In this document: positions 1 through 9,935 of the stretch, in pieces | How the letters are laid out: each line of letters starts with the position of its first letter | Numbering within the stretch: position 1 is the first letter of the stretch | Source: Spirochaeta sp. UBA2779 | GTDB lineage: Bacteria > Spirochaetota > Spirochaetia > DSM-2461 | Assembly (NCBI GenBank): GCA_002352375.1 | Contig: DEIH01000249.1 | Location: 1-38,845, forward strand | Length of the DNA stretch: 38,845 nucleotides | Reading direction: 5' to 3' | Program-made: the position numbers and the translations under genes | Notes under the pieces: model-generated | Seen by the model: only the letters and a program-made list of their open reading frames with translations | Told to the model about the DNA's origin: nothing | The model's database searches: none

Positions 1-539
1 TCAAAATTGCTGAATACTGTTTCTTGGGATGAAATTTCTGAAACTGCATAATCAAGTTCCCCTAAAAATGAAGGGGAGATGCTATCCGATCCTCTGAGGA
101 CCGTCTGGAGGTAGAGTAGCGATTCAAATTCGTCGAGATCCGGTTTATCTCTTAAGTTCAGATAATCTGTAATCAGTTTTGTGTTGAAGTTTGTTTGAGT
201 AGTTCTCAGATTATCATCGATTGCCGTAAACATTATTCGGGAATTTTTTGATAAACGCTTGAAAAATGGATCTTCGGTGATTTCTTCAAGCCTCTGATTT
301 ATCTGGTTGTTCTGACTTCTGTATTTGTAGGTTATGTAAAATGTCGGCTCGGTACTGGATAGCATATCAATAACCGAATACTTCATCCTGCTTACAGTAT
401 CCTGCAGTTTCATTGTTTCAATTTTGAGGTTTTCAAATCCGATAAACCTTACTAATGAACTGATTGAAGTAAGGATGGTAAGAAAAAGGGTGAGGCTGAC
501 GATGATTTCTGCAAGTATAAGTTTGGGTCTGATTTTCAT
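1..539 (-). CDS. Partial CDS (runs off the window start): membrane-anchored sensor-type protein (N-terminal TM plus extracytoplasmic helical domain; possible histidine kinase/MCP/cyclase)
   Basis: Not in the ORF track. Manual translation from ATG at 539 gives MKIRPKLILAEIIVSLTLFLTILTSISSLVRFIGFENLKIETMKLQDTVSRMKYSVIDMLSS..., open to position 1. An MKIR.KL start followed by a hydrophobic helix is typical of sensor proteins. The output domain lies outside the window. Confidence 0.65.
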   Translation of the reverse strand, partial: MKIRPKLILAEIIVSLTLFLTILTSISSLVRFIGFENLKIETMKLQDTVSRMKYSVIDMLSSTEPTFYITYKYRSQNNQINQRLEEITEDPFFKRLSKNSRIMFTAIDDNLRTTQTNFNTKLITDYLNLRDKPDLDEFESLLYLQTVLRGSDSISPSFLGELDYAVSEISSQETVFSNF

Positions 540-553
540 TAATTATTGCACCA

Positions 554-1318
554 TTACCTTCGGGCCAGGGCCACAAGGCGCTTTGCATCCTGATTATAGG
601 GTCTGCCGTCCAGAGCTCCAAAGAATTCAATAGTTGCGAACCCGGCTTTTTCCAGTAGCTCACCGAGCTCTACTGCGGAATAGAGACGGTAGGAAAACTC
701 ATATTCATGCCAGCTTCCATCGATATCCCGAAACTGCCATCTGTTGTGCAGCATACTCCATGCCGCTTCTGCTTCATACTCCAGAAGAATAGTTCGTCCA
801 TCCCGTTCCATCCAAGTTCGCTCTTCAAATGATGCAGCGGTTGTTTCTTTGCCATCCATTTCAACCAGAAACCACCCGCCAGCTTCCAGAGCTTCATATA
901 CCCCTGTACAGACTTTCAGATCTTCGTCCGGATCTTCAAAATATCCTAGTGACTGAAAGAAGCTGAAGGAACCGGAGAACGACTCTTCTGTGGCAATTTC
1001 CCTCATATCACAGTTTAGAAAAACCGGGGGAATTACAAACTCTCCCGACCGGGACAGCTTTTCAGCTGTTTCCAGATAGATTTCATTTATATCGATTCCA
1101 ATCGCCCTGTATCCTTTTTTTCCCAGTTCCAGAGAATGACGTCCGGGACCGCATCCGACATCCAGTATCTTTTCGGGAGGAACTGAGCCTGTCAGATTAA
1201 TCATCCCCTCTACATCCTCGACAGCATTTCCCCATCTTTCGGAGTCAAACATCAATGGTGCAAAATCATTCCAGAAACGGGGGTCGGACCACCAATCGGG
1301 GGAGTTCTTATTATTCAT
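554..1318 (-). CDS. Class I SAM-dependent methyltransferase (Methyltransf_25-like)
   Basis: Motif I ILDVGCGPGRH, GIDIN, CDMRE, SLGYFE, L..GGWF, YRLYS..EL..LL..AGF. Confidence 0.9.
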   Translation of the reverse strand: MNNKNSPDWWSDPRFWNDFAPLMFDSERWGNAVEDVEGMINLTGSVPPEKILDVGCGPGRHSLELGKKGYRAIGIDINEIYLETAEKLSRSGEFVIPPVFLNCDMREIATEESFSGSFSFFQSLGYFEDPDEDLKVCTGVYEALEAGGWFLVEMDGKETTAASFEERTWMERDGRTILLEYEAEAAWSMLHNRWQFRDIDGSWHEYEFSYRLYSAVELGELLEKAGFATIEFFGALDGRPYNQDAKRLVALARR

Positions 1319-1436
1319 TACCTATTTTATCGGACAGGATTGCATAAAAAGTATCATTTGAACTTATTGAACTGTTTTCTATTGGTGTATGAGACGATGA
1401 ATTGCGATACTATGAGGGTACCGGAGGCTGAAATTC

Positions 1437-4400
1437 ATGAAACGTTCACTAATATTCCTATTTGCCACATCCCTTATAACCTTTACGGCTGGGGCTCAAT
1501 CGGTTCCTCCATCAGTCGGTGAGTTATCATATTCTTTGATTTCACCGGAATTTCTTGGTGGTGGGCTTCATGTCACAAAAGCCCGCAGTCCTCAGGGTGT
1601 TTATCTGAATCCTGCTTCAGCAGCAGGATTCCAGCGGATTATTCTGGATGTAAATTATGCAAACCTTCAGGGACTTGGAGATACGGCAGAGGATATGGGG
1701 CATGCTGCTAATCTGGCAGTTTCTGTTCCTACCAGGAGGGGTGTAATTTCAGGAGGACTCGGATTCCTTGATACTTCAGCCTATTCTGGTACGGATATGG
1801 ATTTAGGCACCTCAGGACATATGTTTGTTACTTTTTCCAAAGAAATATATTCAGATCTCTGGGTTGGTGCTGGAGTCAACGGCAGTCTGGGAAAACTGGA
1901 CGGCAGTATTCAGGGCGGCGGTTCTTTAAATATCGGATTCCTGCATTTTCCTGAAACTTTCGGCGGTTTAAAGAATTTTCAGTGGGGAGGAACTCTCAGC
2001 GGTATCGGATATCAATTCGGAAGCTCCAGTAGAGGATATTTTAATTCGATTCCCGGGAATCTCACACTGGCTGCAGGTATGGCCTTCGATGTTGTCGAAG
2101 CGGAAAAATTTAAATGGACATTCCGTAGTGATGTACGTGTTCCCTCCCTTTCTGATCTGCGGGTGGGAGTCGGCAGCGATCTATACTTCGGGGATACGGC
2201 CCGAATGTCAATATCCTCTTCTCTTGATGTAAGAGATGCTTTTGAGGGAGCCTGGCAGACTATTATTCCATCGGCGGCTGTTGCAGTGAGTTTTCCACTG
2301 GGCGGAAAGAGCAGTGACAGCACAAATCCCATGAGAACAACGGAAATGGATGTGCAGCTTGCTGCCGCTCCTCTCTACGATGGTGTCTGGGCCTTTGCCG
2401 GAGGCTTTACACTGCCTTTTGGTGTCAGAGATGAGAATCCGCCGGCAATAACTGTGGACTATGAATCCCCTCAGTATATTTCGCCCAATTACGATGGAAT
2501 ACAGGATGAACTCCTTATTCCTTATGAGGTGACTGATGAGCGTTTTATTTCATCCTATATATGGAAAGTTACCGATTCAGACGGTACTCCGGTAAGAACC
2601 TTTGTTAATAAAGATGAAAGACCTGAAAATGAGTCGGTGAAGAATCTATGGTCCAGGTTAATCTCTCCAAAAGCGGGTACATCGATGCCCGATCAATTTC
2701 GCTGGGACGGTGTAAGTGATACTGGTTCAGTTGCAGTTGATGGATCGTACAATGTTTATCTTGAATTCAGTGATGATAACGATAATTCTGCAGTTTCCGG
2801 ACCTTATCCTGTCGTTGTAGATACTGTAGCCCCTGAACTTTCCCTGGAAGTTCCTGAAGGTTTGGATCTTATATTTTCTCCTGATGGAGACAGCTATAAA
2901 GACAGTTTATCAATTGAACAGAGCGGTAGTGTTGAACAGCTCTGGGAAGCGTCTTTTTCGGACAGTCCCGAAACGGTTGTTCGAGGGTGGGCATGGGCTG
3001 AGACGGCTCCTGAATCATTCGAATGGGATGGTAAAAACGACTCCGGCGAAATCGTGAATGACGGAGTCTACCGGTACGCTATTTCTTCAACTGACAGAGC
3101 CGGAAACTCCAGCCGTGCCGCTATTGAAGGTATTATTGTCGATACACTGCAGCCTGCAATCGGACTGTCCATAGACAGATCTATCTTTTCTCCTGGAACC
3201 GACAGTTCTGTTTCTACAGTTACCCTGATTCCGGATATCGCAGTCCGGTCGGGAATTGTGGACTGGACATTGGATATTATTGACTCGAACGGCGGAATAA
3301 TTCAAACCTGGTCTCGCAGGGAATCCCCGGCTATTCAGGAAAGTGTTGTTTTTAACGGTATGGACAGTGCCGGCAGACAGCTGAATGAGGGATCTTATAA
3401 TGGAAGACTCAAAGTTGTATACGGTAATGGTTTTCAACCTGAGGTGCTTTCACCGCCTTTTACTGTTGATATTACGGCTCCTACAGCTTCTGCCTCTGCA
3501 AATTGGACGGTTTTTTCACCTCAAAGCGGAAGTCGTAGAAATCAGGTAACTCTTACTCAAAGTACTTCCTCAGAAGAGTTCTGGTATGGAAAATTCAGTG
3601 ACTCTGAAGGTAATGAAGTAAACGGATGGACTTGGATTGAAATGGCTGATAATTCCCTGGTGTGGGATGGTAGAGATGCCGAGGGGCGACTGGTTCCTGA
3701 TGGAAGCTACACATACACACTTGAATCGGTTGACGGGGCCGGGAATGCAGGAAAATCTTCTCCGGTATCCGTAACAGTTGATACCAGTTCAGTTGAAGCT
3801 TCAGTTACCGCATCCCTTGATGTCTTCGGTCCTACGGATAACGGTATCAAGGACAGGGTAAGTTTCTTTACATCTGCAAAATCTGAATCTCCCATCAGCG
3901 GATGGACCCTGATTGTGAAAGATACTTCGGGTAATGAAATACGTAACTGGAGCGGTAAAGGTGCTCCTCTGGATAATGTGGAATGGAATGGCCGCCTGGC
4001 TTCAGGTGCATCGGTACCCGACGGTGAATACCTGAGTGAACTGAGAGTCCAATACGAAAAAGGTGATGTTGCCGATGCTGTTTCAGGTTCTGTTATCGTA
4101 GACACAGTACCCCCCCGAATTGACGTTTCTATTGATATGAAGCTTTTCAGCCCCGATGGTGATGGAGAAGTGGATAGTATTCTTATTAATCAGTCGTCAT
4201 CTGATGAGGTGATTTACAACGGCTATTTCAGCAACGCTGAAGGTGATGTGGTGAGAACCCTGATCTGGTCCGGAAGCCTTGAGAATTTTGATTGGGACGG
4301 TACCGATAATTCCGGTAATAAATTACCTGATGGGGATTATTCTTATAGGGTTGTCGGTGCTGATAAAGCCGGAAATGAAACTCAAGTAACAACCCGGGGA

Positions 4401-5465
4401 ATCCGGATTGATACAGCTGCAACTCCTGTTTATCTGACGGCAAGTCAGGGTTATATCAAAGCTGGTGAAACCGATACAAACCGACTGCAGACTTTTGCTG
4501 CAGTTGTACCGAACTCCAGTGGAATTGCAAGTTGGACTTTTGTTATTGCAGATGATAATGAGCGAGTTGTACACCGCGAATCCGGAAACCGTTCGGTTCC
4601 TGAAGGTTTCATTTGGAATGGAACCGATAGCAGCGGCCGTCCGGTGGAAGGTATCTTCAAGGGTATCCTGGCAGTTGTATACAGCAAAGGATCGAAACCT
4701 GTTGCAGAATCCCGCCCATTTGTATCTGACAACAGTCCTCCGGATGTGACGGTTACACTTACACCGCAGCCATTCAGTCCTGATGGAGACAATGTTGATG
4801 ATGAAGTTGTTATCGGTCTCAGGGTGGAAGACCGTTCCAGAATCAGTGAATGGAGTCTGAAAATATTTGATCCCAGAGGGCGGGAGTTTATAACATTTTC
4901 CGGAAGAGGACGTCCTTCAGAACGTATTATATGGGATGGCAGAAGCGGTAAGGGTGAACTGGTACAGTCCGCCGAAGATTATCCTTATATTTTAACGGTA
5001 GCGGATATTCTTGGTCATACGAGTATTGAAGAAGGGAAGATTGCTGTTGATGTTCTTGTAATCAGGGAAGGCGACAGACTTAAGATTCTGATTAACAATA
5101 TCACTTTCCAGCCAAGTTCTCCCCAACTGATACTCTCCGGTGATGAGGGTCAGAAGAATGAAGAAGTTCTTGACCGGCTTGCTGAAATCATGCAGAAGTA
5201 CAACAGTTATCATATTGTTGTAGAAGGACATGCCGTCAGCTTGAGATGGGCCGACCCGGCTGCAGCACAGCGGGAGCAGAGGGATATTCTTGTTCCCCTA
5301 TCCCGTTCAAGAGCACAGACTGTGGTTGATGAACTGGTTGCCCGGAGGGTTCCGGCGAACAGAATGCAGGCAGTCGGTATCGGTGGGGATAAACCCATTG
5401 TTCCCCATGGCGACCTGGAGGAACGTTGGCGGAATCGTCGTGTGGAATTCTACCTGGAGAAGTAA
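1437..5465 (+). CDS. Large exported OmpA-family protein: signal peptide, putative N-terminal beta-barrel, 8 FlgD-Ig-like repeats, C-terminal OmpA_C peptidoglycan-binding domain
   Basis: SD GGAGG upstream; signal peptide ending AGA-Q; repeated FSPDGD..D and W[DN]G.D..G..V.DG.Y motifs; C-terminal IVVEGHA...LSRSRAQTV...GIGGDKPI...RNRRVEF OmpA signature. Confidence 0.88.
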   Translation: MKRSLIFLFATSLITFTAGAQSVPPSVGELSYSLISPEFLGGGLHVTKARSPQGVYLNPASAAGFQRIILDVNYANLQGLGDTAEDMGHAANLAVSVPTRRGVISGGLGFLDTSAYSGTDMDLGTSGHMFVTFSKEIYSDLWVGAGVNGSLGKLDGSIQGGGSLNIGFLHFPETFGGLKNFQWGGTLSGIGYQFGSSSRGYFNSIPGNLTLAAGMAFDVVEAEKFKWTFRSDVRVPSLSDLRVGVGSDLYFGDTARMSISSSLDVRDAFEGAWQTIIPSAAVAVSFPLGGKSSDSTNPMRTTEMDVQLAAAPLYDGVWAFAGGFTLPFGVRDENPPAITVDYESPQYISPNYDGIQDELLIPYEVTDERFISSYIWKVTDSDGTPVRTFVNKDERPENESVKNLWSRLISPKAGTSMPDQFRWDGVSDTGSVAVDGSYNVYLEFSDDNDNSAVSGPYPVVVDTVAPELSLEVPEGLDLIFSPDGDSYKDSLSIEQSGSVEQLWEASFSDSPETVVRGWAWAETAPESFEWDGKNDSGEIVNDGVYRYAISSTDRAGNSSRAAIEGIIVDTLQPAIGLSIDRSIFSPGTDSSVSTVTLIPDIAVRSGIVDWTLDIIDSNGGIIQTWSRRESPAIQESVVFNGMDSAGRQLNEGSYNGRLKVVYGNGFQPEVLSPPFTVDITAPTASASANWTVFSPQSGSRRNQVTLTQSTSSEEFWYGKFSDSEGNEVNGWTWIEMADNSLVWDGRDAEGRLVPDGSYTYTLESVDGAGNAGKSSPVSVTVDTSSVEASVTASLDVFGPTDNGIKDRVSFFTSAKSESPISGWTLIVKDTSGNEIRNWSGKGAPLDNVEWNGRLASGASVPDGEYLSELRVQYEKGDVADAVSGSVIVDTVPPRIDVSIDMKLFSPDGDGEVDSILINQSSSDEVIYNGYFSNAEGDVVRTLIWSGSLENFDWDGTDNSGNKLPDGDYSYRVVGADKAGNETQVTTRGIRIDTAATPVYLTASQGYIKAGETDTNRLQTFAAVVPNSSGIASWTFVIADDNERVVHRESGNRSVPEGFIWNGTDSSGRPVEGIFKGILAVVYSKGSKPVAESRPFVSDNSPPDVTVTLTPQPFSPDGDNVDDEVVIGLRVEDRSRISEWSLKIFDPRGREFITFSGRGRPSERIIWDGRSGKGELVQSAEDYPYILTVADILGHTSIEEGKIAVDVLVIREGDRLKILINNITFQPSSPQLILSGDEGQKNEEVLDRLAEIMQKYNSYHIVVEGHAVSLRWADPAAAQREQRDILVPLSRSRAQTVVDELVARRVPANRMQAVGIGGDKPIVPHGDLEERWRNRRVEFYLEK

Positions 5466-7625
5466 TTGAATTTTTTTGTTCCGTGCCCCCCGGGGGCTGA
5501 AGATATATTAACCGGCGAATTAAAAAAACTCGGTGCCGGTTCTGTTCTGCCGGCATCGCGAGGTGTCGGATTCAAGGGGGATTTAACCCTCTCTTACCGG
5601 GCTTGTCTGGAATTAAGGACGGCTTCGAGAATCCTTTATGAACTGGTTTCGGATAGAGCTGGTACCGAGGATGAGCTGTACAAGCTGGCATTGTCATATC
5701 CCTGGGATGAGTTATTCCCCTCTTCCTTGACTATCTCCTGCCGGGTTACCGGTGTTCCCCGGGACAAAGATCCCCGGTATGCGACTTTGAAACTCAAGGA
5801 TGCGGTTGTCGACCGCTTCAGTCAGAGTACCGGTATACGCCCTTATGTAGACAGAAAAACACCGGACATTCGTATCGAAGCCCGATGGGACGGCCGTAAT
5901 GCCGTAATATATCTGAACTGGTCGGGAAGGCCGCTGCATGAACGGGGGTATCGTCTTGAGCGCACCGATGCAGTACTCCGGGAAACCACAGCCGCTGCAG
6001 TTCTGGCCATGTCCGGATGGTCTGAAATTGCCGGAAATGGCGGAGGTTTTGTCGATCCTGTCTGTGGCAGCGGAACCTTATTGGCAGAAGCGGCAATGAT
6101 GGCTGTTGGTGCCCCTCCGGGTATACATAGAAAGTACTGGGGCTTTGAAGGATTACGTCTGCACAATGATAATCTCTGGCGCAGAATACTCAACGATGCA
6201 ACTATCCGTTATGGTGAAAGTTTACAGCGGATGCCGTTGATGGTTGGATTTGATAATGATGGATCGGCATTGAAGACTGCCCGATCCAATTTGCGCAGAG
6301 CCGGCCTTAATAATGTTATCCGTCTGGAGCGTCACGATATTACCACCGGGAGGCCTGCATTCTGGCCGGCGGGGGTAATTGGTCTTGTCTGTGCCGATCC
6401 GCCCTACGGTGTGAGAACACAGGCAGATCCTCTTCCGGTATACAACGCTCTGGGATCAATGTTCCGAACTCTGGAAAATGGCTGGCGTCTTGCTTTACTG
6501 GCTCCGGATAGGAAAACAGCTGCGGCTTCCTGCCTGCGTGCAGAGGAATATTATCATACCGTCAGCGGGGGGATGGACCTGGTTCTTGCGGTTTACGATC
6601 GGATTGGCGGAGGAGGTAAAGCTACTAAGATGCCAGAAATATCTGATATATCTGATATATCAGATAGTGATAATCAAATGGATTCGAAAGCCCCATCCCT
6701 GAAAAAGATTCTGGAGAAAAATTTTTCGGCCATGGCCACCTGGGCTGAAAAAACCTCGGTTACATCGTACAGAATCTGGGATGCTGATATGCCGGAGTTC
6801 AATGCAGCGGTAGACTGGTATGAAGGCCGCTGGCTTCATATTCAGGAGTTTGTCCCCCCGGGCAGCATCTCTCCTGAAAAAGCTCACAATCGGCTGAATA
6901 CTCTGATTTCTGTATTAAAGGATGTAACCGGTTGCCGGGATGAAAATCTCTACCTGAAAACCAGACAGCGGGGACACCGCCCATACAAAAAAAAGGGTGA
7001 TAGTACCAATCTTTTGATAATGCGTGAGAATGGAATGCGGTTTTTTGTCAATTTTATTGATTATCTCGATACAGGTATATTTCTGGATAACAGATCTATC
7101 CGGTCACTTATCAGAAGTAAGATGTCCGTCATTCCCAAGGGGAGATTTCTGAATCTCTTTGCATACACCGGAACGGCTTCGGTAATGGCCGCAGCAGGAG
7201 GTGCTTTACAGACTGTCAGTGTTGATATCTCCAACACCTATCTGAATTGGGCTCGGGATAATATGAAATTAAATCGGCTGGATTCTTCGGATAATTCCTT
7301 CATCAAAGCTGATAGCTTTGAGTTTCTGGAAAGGAATAAAAAAAAGTTTAATCTTATTTTTATCGATCCCCCGGCATATTCCAACGGCAGTGGGCGTCCG
7401 GACTGGTCGATGCAGGAAGATCATACGGTTCTTATAACTCTGGCAATGAAAAATCTGAGTTCTGATGGACTGCTGCTGTTTTCTGAAAACTACCGGCGCT
7501 TCAAACTGGATCCGGACCTGAACAGGCTGTTCTCTGTAAAGGAGATAACCCGGGAGACGACAGAACCTGATTTTTTCCGGCGGAACGGAGTCCATCGCTG
7601 TTGGGAAATCTCTCACAGGGGTTAA
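5466..7625 (+). CDS. rlmKL: Bifunctional 23S rRNA (G2445 m2G / G2069 m7G) methyltransferase RlmKL
   Basis: THUMP-like N-terminus (LRTASRIL, LKDAVVDRF), LHERGYR, LRETTAAA, DPVCGSGT, DPPYG; second MTase with YRIWDADMPEF, DYLDTGIFLD, LNLFAYTG, FIDPP. TTG start directly after the upstream TAA. Confidence 0.92.
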   Translation: MNFFVPCPPGAEDILTGELKKLGAGSVLPASRGVGFKGDLTLSYRACLELRTASRILYELVSDRAGTEDELYKLALSYPWDELFPSSLTISCRVTGVPRDKDPRYATLKLKDAVVDRFSQSTGIRPYVDRKTPDIRIEARWDGRNAVIYLNWSGRPLHERGYRLERTDAVLRETTAAAVLAMSGWSEIAGNGGGFVDPVCGSGTLLAEAAMMAVGAPPGIHRKYWGFEGLRLHNDNLWRRILNDATIRYGESLQRMPLMVGFDNDGSALKTARSNLRRAGLNNVIRLERHDITTGRPAFWPAGVIGLVCADPPYGVRTQADPLPVYNALGSMFRTLENGWRLALLAPDRKTAAASCLRAEEYYHTVSGGMDLVLAVYDRIGGGGKATKMPEISDISDISDSDNQMDSKAPSLKKILEKNFSAMATWAEKTSVTSYRIWDADMPEFNAAVDWYEGRWLHIQEFVPPGSISPEKAHNRLNTLISVLKDVTGCRDENLYLKTRQRGHRPYKKKGDSTNLLIMRENGMRFFVNFIDYLDTGIFLDNRSIRSLIRSKMSVIPKGRFLNLFAYTGTASVMAAAGGALQTVSVDISNTYLNWARDNMKLNRLDSSDNSFIKADSFEFLERNKKKFNLIFIDPPAYSNGSGRPDWSMQEDHTVLITLAMKNLSSDGLLLFSENYRRFKLDPDLNRLFSVKEITRETTEPDFFRRNGVHRCWEISHRG
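6639..6665 (+). repeat. 3x 9-bp tandem repeat (ATATCTGAT x2, ATATCAGAT) encoding ISD-ISD-ISD in the RlmL-RlmK linker
   Basis: Read directly; overlaps the perfect 18-bp palindrome TATCTGATATATCAGATA at 6649-6666. Confidence 0.8.
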
Positions 7626-7796
7626 AAGTAACATTGTCTAGAAGCTCTGATGGGGCTATCATGAACTTGTGCAGAAAGTACTGACATCTTTTCTATATTT
7701 TCTCGGTCTGATGATTATACTCAGAACGTTACTTTATGCCGTCCCAAAGTGGAGAGCTCGGAAAGAAAAGAAAAAAAGGGACAGGAGAGACAACGG

Positions 7797-9560
7797 ATGA
7801 GTGCTGATAGAGCGGGTAAACTTCCTCCCAGAAACCAGCCGGAGATGCCGGCATATTTTCGTAAAGACCGGACAGGAAGGGATGAGTTCCTCTCACAGCT
7901 TGGTCACTTCGGAGAAGAGCATCGTGCTTTATTCAGCCAGCTTTGCGACATGTGGGAACCTGATATGCCCTACAGTAAATTCTTTGCAAAAGCCGGTCAC
8001 GAGTACCTGAATGCTGATACTACTCTTCATACTCTGATGGTTCATCTGGAGAAAGGGAACTGCGGCCTAATCTCCAATACAGTGAGGGATGGTCAGCTGG
8101 AAAAAGACCGGATTATCCTGGCCGACCGTGATTCTCCCCGATTCTTTTACTGGCTGGTGGAGAACCGATGGCAGAGCTGCCTGGTATCTGATAGAAAAAA
8201 ATATCCTATTCTCGGAAGTTTTAAAAAACGGGGAGATTTTCCCCTTGATGTTCTGCAGCCTCTTTCTCTGACAGAACTCTCCGGTAATTTTATTCAAAGC
8301 CATCTGGATGAAGTGATTATGTACGCTCTCCCGGACATGGATGGTAAAACTCTGATAGTAACACCGGTGGCTCTTCCGGTTATGGTTGAAGTTTCCCGTT
8401 TTAAAATTAGAGCTAACCTGGCGAACAGCCCTGTACAGCCTGTACTGGCCAAAATACTGGGAACAGTGGTAAGCAGCCTTCGAAAGTCCCTGGAAAAGAA
8501 TGACAACCAGTTCTGGAATAAGGTTTCCGAAGCACTGATTAGCAGCCGGGAGGACCTTCTGGCTAAAAGAGCCAATATCAATCCGGAGATATTCATAGCG
8601 GCTAAGATACTTAAAGCATTTACGCAAAATGAATTAAATGAAGCTGAACATCAGAGGGAGCAGGAAGCCGAAAAAAAGGAGCTTATTCAGGGTATTCTCC
8701 TTCAACTCTCTCGAAAGAATGACTTTCTGATGTCCTCCCGGGAATTTGATGAACAGTTTGAACCATATAAAGACACCTGGCCGGATCTCAAGGCCATGTT
8801 CATTACTCATTTTATGAAACCTACCGGCCGAACAGGCCTGCCTCGGGTAATTAATGTCGGAGAGGATTATCTGTACCGGGATTATCTGTACCCTCTGTTT
8901 AAATCATGGCATAAAACAGCCGGATTGGAACTGAAATATTTTTATCTGAATATGATTGAAAGGATACTGAGAACCAACAACAAGGATAAATTTACGGCAT
9001 TTACGGGAAAGGAAAGATTCCGCGATGATATAAGAGAACGTCTTGCCGCTGAGTTTCAGATTCTCTCCGATATGCTTTCCAAACCGAGAATTATTTCTGA
9101 GGGTATTATTCATTACACAACCAAGGTTTTAAAAATCCCTGATATGGACAAGGTGAAAAAGCTTCTTGATCAATATTTTGATAGCGGAACTATACGTTTT
9201 AAAAATCCTGAGATTCTATTTAATCTCAATCCTGAGTCCTTGTTTGAAGAAGCTTTCCACAGACTCAGCTGGCTGAGGCGTATCATACTGCGTTTATTCG
9301 GCCGCTATGACAGCTACCTTCAGACGCTGAACCCTCCTTCGAGTACTAAAAATGCCCGGGGTGATAATACTCAGAGAGATATTTTTACCCCTGAATCAGC
9401 CAGACCGTACAGAGCCGGGAGAACTGCAGCTGAGAGTTTGATGGATAAAACCGTAAAAAAACGTAAACATCCGGGAACTAAAAAAAGGAATTACTCGGCA
9501 AGACAACAGGAACAGGCCTGGGATGATTTTAAATCAGTTTATGAGAAAAAGAAGGGATGA
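7797..9560 (+). CDS. Hypothetical cytoplasmic, largely helical protein (~587 aa) with a basic C-terminal tail
   Basis: Long ORF (track start 7749, GTG). ATG 7797 preferred because AGGAG lies 9 nt upstream. ATGA overlap with the next gene. Confidence 0.8.
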   Translation: MSADRAGKLPPRNQPEMPAYFRKDRTGRDEFLSQLGHFGEEHRALFSQLCDMWEPDMPYSKFFAKAGHEYLNADTTLHTLMVHLEKGNCGLISNTVRDGQLEKDRIILADRDSPRFFYWLVENRWQSCLVSDRKKYPILGSFKKRGDFPLDVLQPLSLTELSGNFIQSHLDEVIMYALPDMDGKTLIVTPVALPVMVEVSRFKIRANLANSPVQPVLAKILGTVVSSLRKSLEKNDNQFWNKVSEALISSREDLLAKRANINPEIFIAAKILKAFTQNELNEAEHQREQEAEKKELIQGILLQLSRKNDFLMSSREFDEQFEPYKDTWPDLKAMFITHFMKPTGRTGLPRVINVGEDYLYRDYLYPLFKSWHKTAGLELKYFYLNMIERILRTNNKDKFTAFTGKERFRDDIRERLAAEFQILSDMLSKPRIISEGIIHYTTKVLKIPDMDKVKKLLDQYFDSGTIRFKNPEILFNLNPESLFEEAFHRLSWLRRIILRLFGRYDSYLQTLNPPSSTKNARGDNTQRDIFTPESARPYRAGRTAAESLMDKTVKKRKHPGTKKRNYSARQQEQAWDDFKSVYEKKKG

Positions 9561-9922
9561 GTGTGACAGATTTTGATGAACAGGATGCCCTTGAAAGGAC
9601 TGCCGGCGATCGCGGGATTCTGGCTGAAGTTATACGCTTCACACTGGAAGATGTCCCTGAAATACTTAAAAGACTTGATGCTTCATTACATGATAAAAGA
9701 TGGCAGGATACGGCAAAACTGGCCCATAAATTAAAGGGGACTGCCGGTGCCGCTGGTGCCCACAGACTGTTTCTTACCGCCTTGGATCTGGAATTGGCAG
9801 CCAGGGATGAAGATACGGATAGCAGCAGGTATAAGTCTTCTCTGATTGATGCCTTTGATTCCTTTCGTTCCCATCCCGGAGTCCGGCGTCTGTCTTCCCT
9901 TGACGCCGGAGGGGATGCATAG
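9557..9922 (+). CDS. Stand-alone Hpt (histidine phosphotransfer) protein
   Basis: FD...ALER..GD..IL.EV...; AHKLKGTAGAAGA..L...A.DLE Hpt signature with the phospho-acceptor His. Confidence 0.9.
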   Translation: MSVTDFDEQDALERTAGDRGILAEVIRFTLEDVPEILKRLDASLHDKRWQDTAKLAHKLKGTAGAAGAHRLFLTALDLELAARDEDTDSSRYKSSLIDAFDSFRSHPGVRRLSSLDAGGDA

Positions 9923-9935
9923 CTAGGGTAGGGTT

